DNA of 26,281 nt from a virus (taxonomy: Duplodnaviria > Caudoviricetes): IMG/VR virus record IMGVR_UViG_3300046786_000823, positions 1 through 26,281 of that record; one strand, given 5' to 3'. The notes under the pieces are model-generated. The model was not told where the DNA came from. It saw only the letters and a list, made by a program, of their open reading frames with translations, and did no database searches. Position 1 is the stretch's first letter, and each line of letters starts with the position of its first letter. Positions 7,491 through 16,816 of this stretch are shown piece by piece. The translations under genes and the position numbers were made by a program.

Positions 7491-10400
7491 ATGCCAACGC
7501 AAAAGATAATATTCCAGTTAGTTGTTGAGGATGCCGGGCTAACGTCCCGCATTGAACAGGCACGGGCAACGATCCGAAGCCTGAACAAGGAAATACGCGC
7601 CAATCCGGGGCCGGAGCGGTTTGCCGAATTGACCGGCGAACTGGCAAAGACGCGGCGCGGACTTGCCGACATGGTTGCTGAACAAAAGCAACTCAACCGG
7701 GAATTTCAGGCGTTGAAAGTCCCGAAGGACAGCCTTGCCGGGCTTCGACTTGAGTACGGGCGCTTGTCGGCAGCGCTTGCAAACCTTACGGCGGAGGAAC
7801 GTAAGTCCAAGTTCGGGCAGGCCATAATCCGGGACGCGGCACGGGTCAAAAAAGAGATTGACGGCATTGAACAGTCAATCGGGCGTTTCACGGGCAACGT
7901 CGGAAATTACCAATCGGCCCTGAACGGCATAGGCTCTGCATTCGCGGCGCTCGGCATCGGGGCGAGCATCGGCGAAATAGTCAACGCAAACGCCCGCGTG
8001 TCGGATTCGATAGCCGACGTGGCAAAAACGGCAGGCATCACTACAGACGAGGCGCAAAAACTTGCCGATACCCTTGAATTTCGGGACACGCGCACGTCCC
8101 TGGTTGACCAACTTCAAATAGCGCAGATTGGCGGGCAGTTGGGCGTAGCGCGGGAACAGTTGCTTGGTTTTACGGAAAGCGTTGATGTGCTGAATGTATC
8201 GCTTGGTGACCAATTCGGAGGCGTTGAGGAAATTACCCGCGTAATTGCCGGGCTTCGCAACGTGCTCACAGACTTTCGTACAGATGACGTTTCGGCAGAT
8301 GTTTTGAAGATCGGCAACGCGCTCAACTTCCTGGAAGCGCAGGGCGCGGCTACGGCACCTACCATTGCCGAGTTCGTAAACCGTATTTCCGGTTCGGCTA
8401 TCCCGCTTGGCGTTACCACACAGGAAATATTTGGCCTTTCGTCTGCGCTTGCCGAATTGAGCATTAACCCGGAACGCGGGGCAACCGCAATAAGCGGGCT
8501 GTTGATCGAAATTTCACGCGCCCCGGAGGTATTTGCAAAGTCGCTTGGGTTCACCAAGCAGCAAACAGAGGAATTTACCAAGCAGGTAAACACGGATTTG
8601 GTCGGGGCGCTTGCCCTTGTTTCCAAGACCATTGCAGAGGGCGGAGACGGCACAAAGAACTTTGCACAAACCCTCGACGAAATAGGCATCGGCAGGCAGG
8701 GGGCAATCGAGGCGCTCGGCAAGTTGGGCGGGAATACCGAACTGCTCACGCAGCGCATCGCTGAAAGCACGGACGCGCTGCAATCCACAGACAGCGTGTA
8801 CGCGGAGTTTGACAAAAAGAACAACAATGCCGCCGCTGCCGTCGAAAAACTCAAAAACGCCGTTGTTAACCTGATAACCAGCGAAGGGGCACAGGACGCG
8901 CTCGAAGCCGTTGCAAAGGCAGCAACCGAATTGATAAACGTGCTATCTGATACCGCCGACGTGGTGGCCGAAAACAAGGAACTGTTTGCAGCGCTTTCCA
9001 TTGTCCTGTTTTCGATGACCGGGCCGGGCAAGGCTGCCAATGCCGCAATACTGAACGTGGTGGCTTCGATGCGTGCGGCGGCGCTTGCCACAACGACAAT
9101 GACCACAGCGACGGCGGCAAATACCGTGGCCACGAACGTAAGCGCAGCCGCTACACGCGCCCTTGCAGCGGCACAGGCGGCGCTACCGTTGCTCGCATTG
9201 GTTGCAGGCATCTACCTTGTCATAAAGGCGTTCGATTCGTACAACAACTCGCTTAGCGCAGCCGAAAAGGCAAGCCGGGCCGTATCCGAAGCACAAAAAG
9301 ACATTGCCGAATCCAGCGCAGCGGAAATTGTTGCCCTTGAGTCTTCGATAGGGGTTCTCAAGGAATCAACGTCAACGCAGGAACAGCGGGCTGCGGCGAT
9401 AAAGTCGCTTACGGACAAGTACCCGGAATACCTGAAAGGTATTGACCTGGAGACGCAAAGCGTTGCCGCACTTACGACAATTCAGCGTGAACTTACAGAG
9501 GAAATAATCCGGGGCGCGGCGGCGCGGGCAAAGACGGCGGCGCAGGAGACTATCGTAAGCAAGATAATCGAAAAGGAGTTAAAGGTGGCCGAACTTCGCC
9601 GGTCAATCCAGGCGGGTGAGTTTTCGTTTCAGGATCGAGAGTTTATTATTGGCACAGAGACGGCCAAACTTGCCAAACTTCGTGAAGAACTGGAGCAGAC
9701 AGGCAAGCAGTTTGACGATGTTTTCAAACTCAACCAGCCCGTAAAATCTTCGGTGCTGCCTGTTGTTGACCCAAAGGCAATTCAGGGACAAGGCGACGCG
9801 GCAAAAAATGCAGCCAAAAAGGTCGGCGAAGAACTGACCAAAGAAGAAAAGGCAGCAGCCGACAAAGCCAAAAAAGAGCGTGAACGGGCAGCCGACAAAG
9901 ACAAAAAAGAGCGTGAACGGGCAGCCGATGAAGAAGCCAAGCGCGTAGAGGATCAGCAAAAGCGTATCCTTGACATTCAGCGCACGGTGCGTGACCTGAA
10001 CATCACAGAGGAAAGCGAGTTTCAGCGCAAGGTTGAAGAACTGGACAACCGCCGCACGGATGCACTCACACAGAACCGACAGCGCATTGACGCGCTACGC
10101 AAGACGGTAGAGGATCGAACCGGCACTAAGATCACGGGAGACGTGTCCACCGGCGCGGCGCTTGCCGCACAGATACCGAACGCCCGACCGGCGGACATTA
10201 CAGAGGCCAATCTGATTGACGCGGAAACAGAGGCGCTGAAAAAGTCGTTCGACAAGCAGCGCACGGAACTTTTCGCCGAACGCAAAAAGACGCAGGAAGC
10301 ACAGGAAGCGCAACTACGGCAACTGCTTGCCGAGACTGCACAGATAGCCGCCGATAACGAGGCACAGGTAGCCGTGTCCGTTCAACAGGACGTACAAAAA

Positions 10401-11852
10401 TCGTTCACGGAACGGCGCGAACTGATTGAAAAGGAGTTTGCGCTACGGCAGTCTGCCAACGAAACGGCATTGGTGCGCGGCGAGATCAACCGAAAGGAGT
10501 TTGAACAGCGCGAACTTTCCGACAGCATCGAGCAGACAAACCGGAAACTTCAACTCGAAACCGAATACGCAACGCGCATTTCCGAAATCGTTACGCAGGT
10601 GCGTGACGTGAAGGTGGCAGCCGCACAGGCCGAACTTGACGCGCAACTGCTTGCGATTGAACAGCGCAGAAAGCAGGACGTTACCGGGGCAGAAACAACG
10701 GCAAAGGAAACCGGAACGGACGCAAGTGCGCAGGTGTCGGCTATCAACGAAAAAGCGGCAACGGATGCCGATGCAGCACAGATACGTTTTGCCGATGCGG
10801 TGAAGCAAACGACCGAGGATGCAAAGGCAACGCAGTTGCAGGCGATTGATTCGGTAGACGCGGCAAGGCAGGTGGCCCATGATGCCGAACTTGCCCGCGC
10901 AGAGGAGGAAAAGCAAAAGCGGGCCGAAATCCGAGACGCGGCAATAAGCACCGCCGGGGAACTTGCATCGGGCATTCTTGCCATTCAGCGCAACAACGAT
11001 GAAGCCGAAAAAGAGGAAAAACTGGCTGCCATTGATGAAGAGTACGAAGAAAAGAAGAAAGCCGCGCAGGGCAACGCCAAACTGATCGAAAAACTCGAAA
11101 AGGAGCAGGCGAAGAAAAAGGAGGCTGTTGAAAAGCAAGCCGCCGAAAAGCGCAAGCAGCAGGCGATTATCGAGGCCATAATCAACACCGCGCAGGCAAT
11201 TATCAAAGCAGCACCAAACCCGATACTCATGGCCTTTGCCGCCGCCGTCGGGGCTGTTCAGGTGGGCGTTATTTCTTCGCAGAAATTTGCCAAAGGCGGT
11301 TTCACGGACAAGGACGGCGAAACTGGAATCTACCCGAAGCCGCTGTACGATGCGCTGCCAGACTTTACGCTGGGCGGAATGACGGGGGCCGGAACTTCAC
11401 ACCGTGACGACACGGGCCGCCGTGTAGCCGGGAAAATTCCAGGCAGCAACGCCGTGGTACACGCCGGGGAGTATGTCGCACCCGCTTGGCAGGTGCAGGC
11501 AATGCCCCAACTTTTCGGGGGGCTGGATCAGCAGCGCCGCACCCGTTCAAAGCCTTTTGCACAAGGCGGGTTTACAAAGAAAAATTTTGGTAACTTTGTG
11601 CATGTTAAGCCGTATGCAACCGGCGGGTTTTCGGATCCGATAATCGGGCTGCCAAACTCCACCGAATTTCAGCGGCAAACGATAGCCGTGACGGCATCGG
11701 CTGAATTTACCGACGCGCAGGTTGCACAGATTGGCCGCATAATTGCACTTGAAAACGGTCGGGTTGTGCGCACGGCGATTGGCGAAGGGCTTGGGGACGC
11801 AAACCGGCGCTTGGAGCGGGAACGCTCACTTGAGGAACAAAGAACAATTTAA
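7491..11852 (+). CDS. Tail tape measure protein
   Basis: 1453 aa, Ala/Glu/Lys-rich and helical; F.GNVGNY motif, TP901-like core, hydrophobic segments, and C-terminal FAKGG/VVHAGEYV motifs. Confidence 0.93.
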   Translation: MPTQKIIFQLVVEDAGLTSRIEQARATIRSLNKEIRANPGPERFAELTGELAKTRRGLADMVAEQKQLNREFQALKVPKDSLAGLRLEYGRLSAALANLTAEERKSKFGQAIIRDAARVKKEIDGIEQSIGRFTGNVGNYQSALNGIGSAFAALGIGASIGEIVNANARVSDSIADVAKTAGITTDEAQKLADTLEFRDTRTSLVDQLQIAQIGGQLGVAREQLLGFTESVDVLNVSLGDQFGGVEEITRVIAGLRNVLTDFRTDDVSADVLKIGNALNFLEAQGAATAPTIAEFVNRISGSAIPLGVTTQEIFGLSSALAELSINPERGATAISGLLIEISRAPEVFAKSLGFTKQQTEEFTKQVNTDLVGALALVSKTIAEGGDGTKNFAQTLDEIGIGRQGAIEALGKLGGNTELLTQRIAESTDALQSTDSVYAEFDKKNNNAAAAVEKLKNAVVNLITSEGAQDALEAVAKAATELINVLSDTADVVAENKELFAALSIVLFSMTGPGKAANAAILNVVASMRAAALATTTMTTATAANTVATNVSAAATRALAAAQAALPLLALVAGIYLVIKAFDSYNNSLSAAEKASRAVSEAQKDIAESSAAEIVALESSIGVLKESTSTQEQRAAAIKSLTDKYPEYLKGIDLETQSVAALTTIQRELTEEIIRGAAARAKTAAQETIVSKIIEKELKVAELRRSIQAGEFSFQDREFIIGTETAKLAKLREELEQTGKQFDDVFKLNQPVKSSVLPVVDPKAIQGQGDAAKNAAKKVGEELTKEEKAAADKAKKERERAADKDKKERERAADEEAKRVEDQQKRILDIQRTVRDLNITEESEFQRKVEELDNRRTDALTQNRQRIDALRKTVEDRTGTKITGDVSTGAALAAQIPNARPADITEANLIDAETEALKKSFDKQRTELFAERKKTQEAQEAQLRQLLAETAQIAADNEAQVAVSVQQDVQKSFTERRELIEKEFALRQSANETALVRGEINRKEFEQRELSDSIEQTNRKLQLETEYATRISEIVTQVRDVKVAAAQAELDAQLLAIEQRRKQDVTGAETTAKETGTDASAQVSAINEKAATDADAAQIRFADAVKQTTEDAKATQLQAIDSVDAARQVAHDAELARAEEEKQKRAEIRDAAISTAGELASGILAIQRNNDEAEKEEKLAAIDEEYEEKKKAAQGNAKLIEKLEKEQAKKKEAVEKQAAEKRKQQAIIEAIINTAQAIIKAAPNPILMAFAAAVGAVQVGVISSQKFAKGGFTDKDGETGIYPKPLYDALPDFTLGGMTGAGTSHRDDTGRRVAGKIPGSNAVVHAGEYVAPAWQVQAMPQLFGGLDQQRRTRSKPFAQGGFTKKNFGNFVHVKPYATGGFSDPIIGLPNSTEFQRQTIAVTASAEFTDAQVAQIGRIIALENGRVVRTAIGEGLGDANRRLERERSLEEQRTI
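9855..9929 (+). repeat. 33-bp in-frame tandem repeat (AADKAKKERER / AADKDKKERER / AAD) in the tape measure gene
   Basis: Units at 9855-9887 and 9888-9920 differ at one base; a partial third copy follows. Confidence 0.9.
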
Positions 11853-11858
11853 AAAAAT

Positions 11859-13535
11859 ATGGCACTTACGCCCGTACTCGCACCGGCGCTTGCCGCCGAC
11901 GGCCCGATACCAATTTCCGACTGCCTGCTCTGGACATTCGCGCCCGATGACGCGGACGTGGTTTCAACGCCCGGTGTTGCCGCTTCGCTCGTTGTGGTGT
12001 TCCCGTCCAGCCCGTCGGCCCCGTCGAACGGAACAGAGTTCACGATATGGGGAAACGTGTTCCAAATTCAATCCGGCACCGACTTTACGGCCAACTCGTT
12101 CAAGGTTGTGGCCGGGGACGCGAACGACACTATCAGCAACTTTGTGAGCATGGTTTTGGCAAACTACTTTTTTGCCAGCGCCGTGACGGTTGATGCCGAC
12201 TACGGCACGCGAACGGTCACGCTCACATGGAACGAGTGCGGTGAACAGCCGCTTTTCGGAAGCGAGCAAATGGACTTTACGGACATAATCAGCGCGGCGG
12301 TAACGTCTGCAACGCCAACCAACGGCACTACACCGGTTTACGTTGACGGCTACAAGTTCGTGTACAGGATGCTTCGCACCGACATTGTGAACGATGCCAA
12401 CAGCGGATATGTGACGGCATTCGAGGCCATTGACCCGAACAAGGACTGCACGGGAGGTGATGACGTTGGTTTCAACGGAATGCCCACGGCGCGGCGGTTG
12501 CTGAAAACGGAAATACCTCCGCTGGACAACTCGCACCCGGCGGTGGCATTTGACGGGCCGATTCAGTATTTTTCCCTGCAATACGGATTGGTGTACCGGG
12601 ACGCAAATGCAAATGCCCGTTCAGGGGAGCTTGCGACAACCAGCCGTAGCGCGGTTTGGAACGCCTACTTTGAGCCGGACGACGTGTACAAGGTTCGGCG
12701 GTACTGGCCCGGCGCTACGGGCGGGCTGCCAGGCGGGCAAACATTCGTAAAGATGCTGACACAACAGCCCAACCCGCACCAACTTTTGAAAAAGTCAAAA
12801 GCCTGGTTCTGGTATATGGTGAACGATGCGGTGCAGACGTACACGAACATCCGCATGCGCATAAGGGCATACAAGAAGGACGGTAGCGCGGTAACGGACA
12901 CGCACATAGTGCCAAATTCGTCTTACGGAATCAACGCCGTAAACGTGTCGCCGTCCTACGTCGTATCGCTTGGCCTTTCTGGCGTTACGATTGACACCCT
13001 ATCCTATTACGACGTAGCGATTTTCAAGCAAAACAGCGCAACGCCTACCGACGTGACACAGATCACAGAGGCGCACACGCTCTACGTCATTGACATTTGC
13101 GACAGCGACCGGCACACGGACGTTTACTTTCTTGACAAACTCGGCGGCATAGGCGCGCTGCCGATGGAAATAATTGAAGAAACCGCAAGCCAGACCGGGG
13201 ACGAAATCCTGTTGGACGTTCCGTGCAGCGCAAGCCGGGCCGACAAAGCAGCCTACGGCGGTCGCACGCTGTCAAACATCCGCTCGAACATGGTGCTTAC
13301 GCTCCGCACGTTTTTCAAGGGCGGGGATGAGTACGTCAACTTTTTCAGAAGCATGAAACTTTCGCCCCAGAGGTGGATACGCACGACAGACGAAACCGGG
13401 GCGTTTATTGCCCGCAAATTCATCGTTGAGCCGGGCGGTGTAAAGGTGTTTCATGAAGGCCAGAAGGTATCGCTTGAGGTGTCCGGGTACATGGGCGACA
13501 TTGTGATCCAATCCGGCTCTGAACCTGAAATTTAA
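11859..13535 (+). CDS. Tail tip/baseplate structural protein
   Basis: First gene after the TMP; beta-rich; C-terminal VYFLDKLGG...LSPQ.W segment resembles Bacteroidota phage tail proteins. Confidence 0.72.
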   Translation: MALTPVLAPALAADGPIPISDCLLWTFAPDDADVVSTPGVAASLVVVFPSSPSAPSNGTEFTIWGNVFQIQSGTDFTANSFKVVAGDANDTISNFVSMVLANYFFASAVTVDADYGTRTVTLTWNECGEQPLFGSEQMDFTDIISAAVTSATPTNGTTPVYVDGYKFVYRMLRTDIVNDANSGYVTAFEAIDPNKDCTGGDDVGFNGMPTARRLLKTEIPPLDNSHPAVAFDGPIQYFSLQYGLVYRDANANARSGELATTSRSAVWNAYFEPDDVYKVRRYWPGATGGLPGGQTFVKMLTQQPNPHQLLKKSKAWFWYMVNDAVQTYTNIRMRIRAYKKDGSAVTDTHIVPNSSYGINAVNVSPSYVVSLGLSGVTIDTLSYYDVAIFKQNSATPTDVTQITEAHTLYVIDICDSDRHTDVYFLDKLGGIGALPMEIIEETASQTGDEILLDVPCSASRADKAAYGGRTLSNIRSNMVLTLRTFFKGGDEYVNFFRSMKLSPQRWIRTTDETGAFIARKFIVEPGGVKVFHEGQKVSLEVSGYMGDIVIQSGSEPEI

Positions 13536-13539
13536 CGGC

Positions 13540-13728
13540 ATGAAAACCGCTTTGACAATCGTATTTTTTGCGGCGCTGCTTTTGCCTTGGATACTTGAGT
13601 ATTTCAGGCGAGACAACGGCGCGGGCCAATTTTGCGACAACTGCGACGGAGAAGGGTATTTGCCAAAGCCGGATTCAACAGATAACACCCCTTGCAAAAA
13701 ATGCGGGGGCAAAGGATACACAAACTAA
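13540..13728 (+). CDS. Small membrane-anchored protein with a DnaJ-type zinc finger
   Basis: Hydrophobic N-terminus followed by CDNCDGEG and CKKCGGKG (two CxxCxGxG motifs); fills the gap between two tail genes exactly. Confidence 0.7.
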   Translation: MKTALTIVFFAALLLPWILEYFRRDNGAGQFCDNCDGEGYLPKPDSTDNTPCKKCGGKGYTN

Positions 13729-16458
13729 ATGCCTACACGAATCCTTGCACGCGACCTGCACCAGGCGGCATCCGCCCGCCTTGGCGGAATGACAGAGGTC
13801 TATCTGGATACGCCGGAAAATTTCCGCATGCCGATGAGTAAGGACGTGGAGCGGTTGAGCGACCTGAACAAAATCCGTGTAGAGGGGGCGTTACGGACTT
13901 CGCTTGACAGGACGGACACGAACGACGCTGTGTTGGTTGAATACCTTACGCCTTTGACGCTGGACAAGCGCAGCAAATGGCTGAATGTCGTTATCGAGGT
14001 GGACGGTATCGCAATGGCGTTCACGCGCCTTTACATAATCGCAAAGAACGATGACACGGCAAAATGGGAAGTTGAGGCGGCGCTGCCGGAAGATCATTGG
14101 GCCGAACTTGCCAGCCAAAAGAAAATAAACACTATTGACTTCGGTGGCTACACGCTGAACGCCGACAACGTGCAAACGTCTTGGGAGTACCCGACCTACG
14201 ACGGTGACTACACGCCAACGCAGGACGTGGACGGGTGGAACGGTGCCTACGGAATGTGGCCGGTTGACTACGGGGGTTGGGTTGATCGTTCGATACCAGA
14301 CCCGAACACGATCAAGCCGGTCAAAATGATGGCGCAGGAGGATTTGCGTCCGCACGTCAACAAAATGTACCTGCTAAAGCGGGGCATGCGTGAAATCGGG
14401 TGGGAACTTGCCGGGCTGTTGCAGGAAACCGAATGGGCGCGTTCGCTGTGGGCGTATTTGCTTCGCCCCGAATACTGGCAGGGCAAGGGGTACGACGGGG
14501 TTGAGTACGGGAAGTTTTGCCGGATAATCGGGCGGATAATTGAATCTGCAGAAATACCGGCTGAAAACATAGGCGGCGCTATTCTTTTACCATATTTTGA
14601 CGCGCTTGATTTTGAGCCGCCGTCAGGAGTTTTGCCATACACGTCCCCGTTTTTCCCAGGCCCGCCGGACAAGTGGCTTTGTGGCATACAAAATCACCTT
14701 CCATTCAGGGCAAAGTTCAGGTTTGTTTTCAGGGGCAATGTGAGAAACCCTTCGCCGGTTGTGGCCCAATGCGTTTTTACGGTAGCGGAAATAACCGACA
14801 GTAATGCACTCAACAACACGATAACAGGGCAGATACTTTCCGACGATGTTGTTTTTGAAATTGGAGTAAGCGAGACAAAGTTTGTTTCATTCGATTTTGA
14901 GTTCGAACTTGACCCTGGGCAAAAGGGCGCGTTGTTTATGAGCGCATCAGCCATTTTCTACATCCAAAAAGGCTTTTGGTTTCGGTGTGAACCAGCAAAC
15001 AAGTCCTTTACGCGGAACGATGAAATTGACCTTCGCACGGCGCTCGACCCCGACCTCACCCTTTTGGACATGCTAAAGGCGTGGGTGCATCTGGTAAACG
15101 GGCGCATCGAGACGAACATGGTCACAAAGACCATTTACGTCCACCCGGAACGGTCAAGCATCGTTTACGATTCAACGGTGCCCGGATTTGTTCGGGATGA
15201 CATTCCGGCTATTGACGTGTCCAACCGCGTTTTGCCGAACTCGGTGAAACTGCAATTCATCCGCCCGGAACTGAAACGCTACACCCTGCTTTCGTTCGCC
15301 GATTCAACGGACGCGCACATTGAAGATAACCTTGTGCTTACCGAACCTTTGCACAGCCGTCGCATACTGAACGGCGAAGACCTGCCGAACGACACCGACG
15401 AACAATCAAACCCGGTGTACGAGCCGACGGCAGAGGGGCAAAGCCCGCTGTTGAAGCAAAACGACTTTTCGATTGTAAACCGCCCGAACGCGCCGGTGCC
15501 GTGGTTGCCGCGCTATTGGGACAACACGAACGGGGAGCGGTCTTTCGACATCGGCCCGCGCATACTGTTTGCGTTTGGGTATGTCAGGCAGTTGAACCCG
15601 TCGCCAATAGGCACGACCGACGAGGCAGCAAACTACTACTTTGATGACTATGATAACCCGCTGGAGGATATAGGCTACGCCACGCAGTTGCGCACATGGG
15701 AACTTGACCCGGCACCAACGCTGGACGGCAACGTAGTGTTTGGCCGTGCCGCCGCCGATCTGTTCGTTAATTTCTACATAGGGCTTACGCAGGACAACCG
15801 GGGCGGCGTTGTCGTTGACCTGCTTCAGCGCATCACAGCCGCCGAATACTCCACCTACAATTTCCGCGTACCATTCAAGTTCGACTACGAGGGCCGGGAA
15901 TTGCGTTTGCCGATGACAAGCATCCGGGACTTCAACCCCGATCTGCCTACGCCTGTGACGTATTTCGGCAGTCCGGCGGAAACCGGCGTTTGCGACCTGC
16001 CCTGTAATTGCAGGTTTGAGACGTGCGACTACTACCAAGACCTGGGCACCTTCATTTTGCAGTCAACTATGGACGCGCTAAGCGTAACGTCGTTCAAGAT
16101 TGACGACGTGGAGCAGTTGACAACGCCCGTGCCGCTTGGCCAGTTGAACGTCGTGGACTTGGGCGGCAGCGGGTACGTCACGAACCTGGTGGACGCGCTG
16201 AACAGCATCGGAGCGCCGTATTTTGCGTTCGAGTATTCGAGCCGACAGCACCCGACAAGGGGTGCACGGTATTTCAGGATAAAGCGCCCGGCGTGCCAGG
16301 CGTTTGAGATAATCGTTTCAGACGGCGGCGATCCGGTGTACCGCTATACGCACAATGCACAGCAGGAACAATGGTTTGCCGGTTCGTGGGGCGCTATCGG
16401 GTACGGTGGCACGACGTACACAGCCCCGGATAATTGCACAACAACAATTGAATATTGA
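13729..16458 (+). CDS. Large tail tip/hub structural protein
   Basis: 909 aa, second large gene after the TMP; YLD..E, PVDYG, LRP, PRIL motifs seen in Bacteroidota phage tail proteins; Cys cluster CDLPCNCRFETC before the C-terminal domain. Confidence 0.72.
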   Translation: MPTRILARDLHQAASARLGGMTEVYLDTPENFRMPMSKDVERLSDLNKIRVEGALRTSLDRTDTNDAVLVEYLTPLTLDKRSKWLNVVIEVDGIAMAFTRLYIIAKNDDTAKWEVEAALPEDHWAELASQKKINTIDFGGYTLNADNVQTSWEYPTYDGDYTPTQDVDGWNGAYGMWPVDYGGWVDRSIPDPNTIKPVKMMAQEDLRPHVNKMYLLKRGMREIGWELAGLLQETEWARSLWAYLLRPEYWQGKGYDGVEYGKFCRIIGRIIESAEIPAENIGGAILLPYFDALDFEPPSGVLPYTSPFFPGPPDKWLCGIQNHLPFRAKFRFVFRGNVRNPSPVVAQCVFTVAEITDSNALNNTITGQILSDDVVFEIGVSETKFVSFDFEFELDPGQKGALFMSASAIFYIQKGFWFRCEPANKSFTRNDEIDLRTALDPDLTLLDMLKAWVHLVNGRIETNMVTKTIYVHPERSSIVYDSTVPGFVRDDIPAIDVSNRVLPNSVKLQFIRPELKRYTLLSFADSTDAHIEDNLVLTEPLHSRRILNGEDLPNDTDEQSNPVYEPTAEGQSPLLKQNDFSIVNRPNAPVPWLPRYWDNTNGERSFDIGPRILFAFGYVRQLNPSPIGTTDEAANYYFDDYDNPLEDIGYATQLRTWELDPAPTLDGNVVFGRAAADLFVNFYIGLTQDNRGGVVVDLLQRITAAEYSTYNFRVPFKFDYEGRELRLPMTSIRDFNPDLPTPVTYFGSPAETGVCDLPCNCRFETCDYYQDLGTFILQSTMDALSVTSFKIDDVEQLTTPVPLGQLNVVDLGGSGYVTNLVDALNSIGAPYFAFEYSSRQHPTRGARYFRIKRPACQAFEIIVSDGGDPVYRYTHNAQQEQWFAGSWGAIGYGGTTYTAPDNCTTTIEY

Positions 16459-16459
16459 T

Positions 16460-16816
16460 ATGGAGCAAGCAACAGACAACTACACTAAAGATAACGTTCG
16501 ATCATGCTTTTTGGCGCTGGTTCTGATTCTCGCAGCCGCCGCGCTTGCCATATTTGGCCGCTGCGCAAAGGCCGAACAAGGCCAGCCGGACATGACCGGG
16601 CAATGGTGCCGCGATGACAGCGACGTGACGTACAGTTTCTTCGATGACAGCCGCTTTCAGCAGTCCTATCGGCCCGGAGAGCAATGGATTTGGAAGCAGG
16701 GCGCGGGCCGCGTTGACCTGCTTGGGAATCCGCAGCGCCTTTGGCTTACTGCCTTTGACGGCGCGAACGAGGTACGGGTTATCGAAGCCGATACTTTTAT
16801 AATTTACCGGCAATGA
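16460..16816 (+). CDS. Membrane-anchored or lipoprotein-like exported beta-protein
   Basis: ATG 1 nt after the upstream stop; hydrophobic stretch FLALVLILAAAALAIFG-RC, then a lipocalin-like TGQW motif and beta-strands. Confidence 0.6.
   Translation: MEQATDNYTKDNVRSCFLALVLILAAAALAIFGRCAKAEQGQPDMTGQWCRDDSDVTYSFFDDSRFQQSYRPGEQWIWKQGAGRVDLLGNPQRLWLTAFDGANEVRVIEADTFIIYRQ

Noticed and set aside
8114-9211. 365-aa minus-strand ORF, plus other antisense ORFs across the tape measure gene
   Set aside because: Ser/Ala-rich shadow of the Ala/Glu-rich TMP codons; no motifs and no independent expression signals.
9855-9929. 33-bp repeats considered as a CRISPR mini-array or DGR repeat
   Set aside because: Adjacent units with no spacers, in frame within the TMP; no cas or reverse transcriptase gene in the window.
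16355-16459. N-terminal extension of the 16355-16816 ORF
   Set aside because: Overlaps the tail gene by over 100 nt; ATG 16460 directly after the stop is more plausible.
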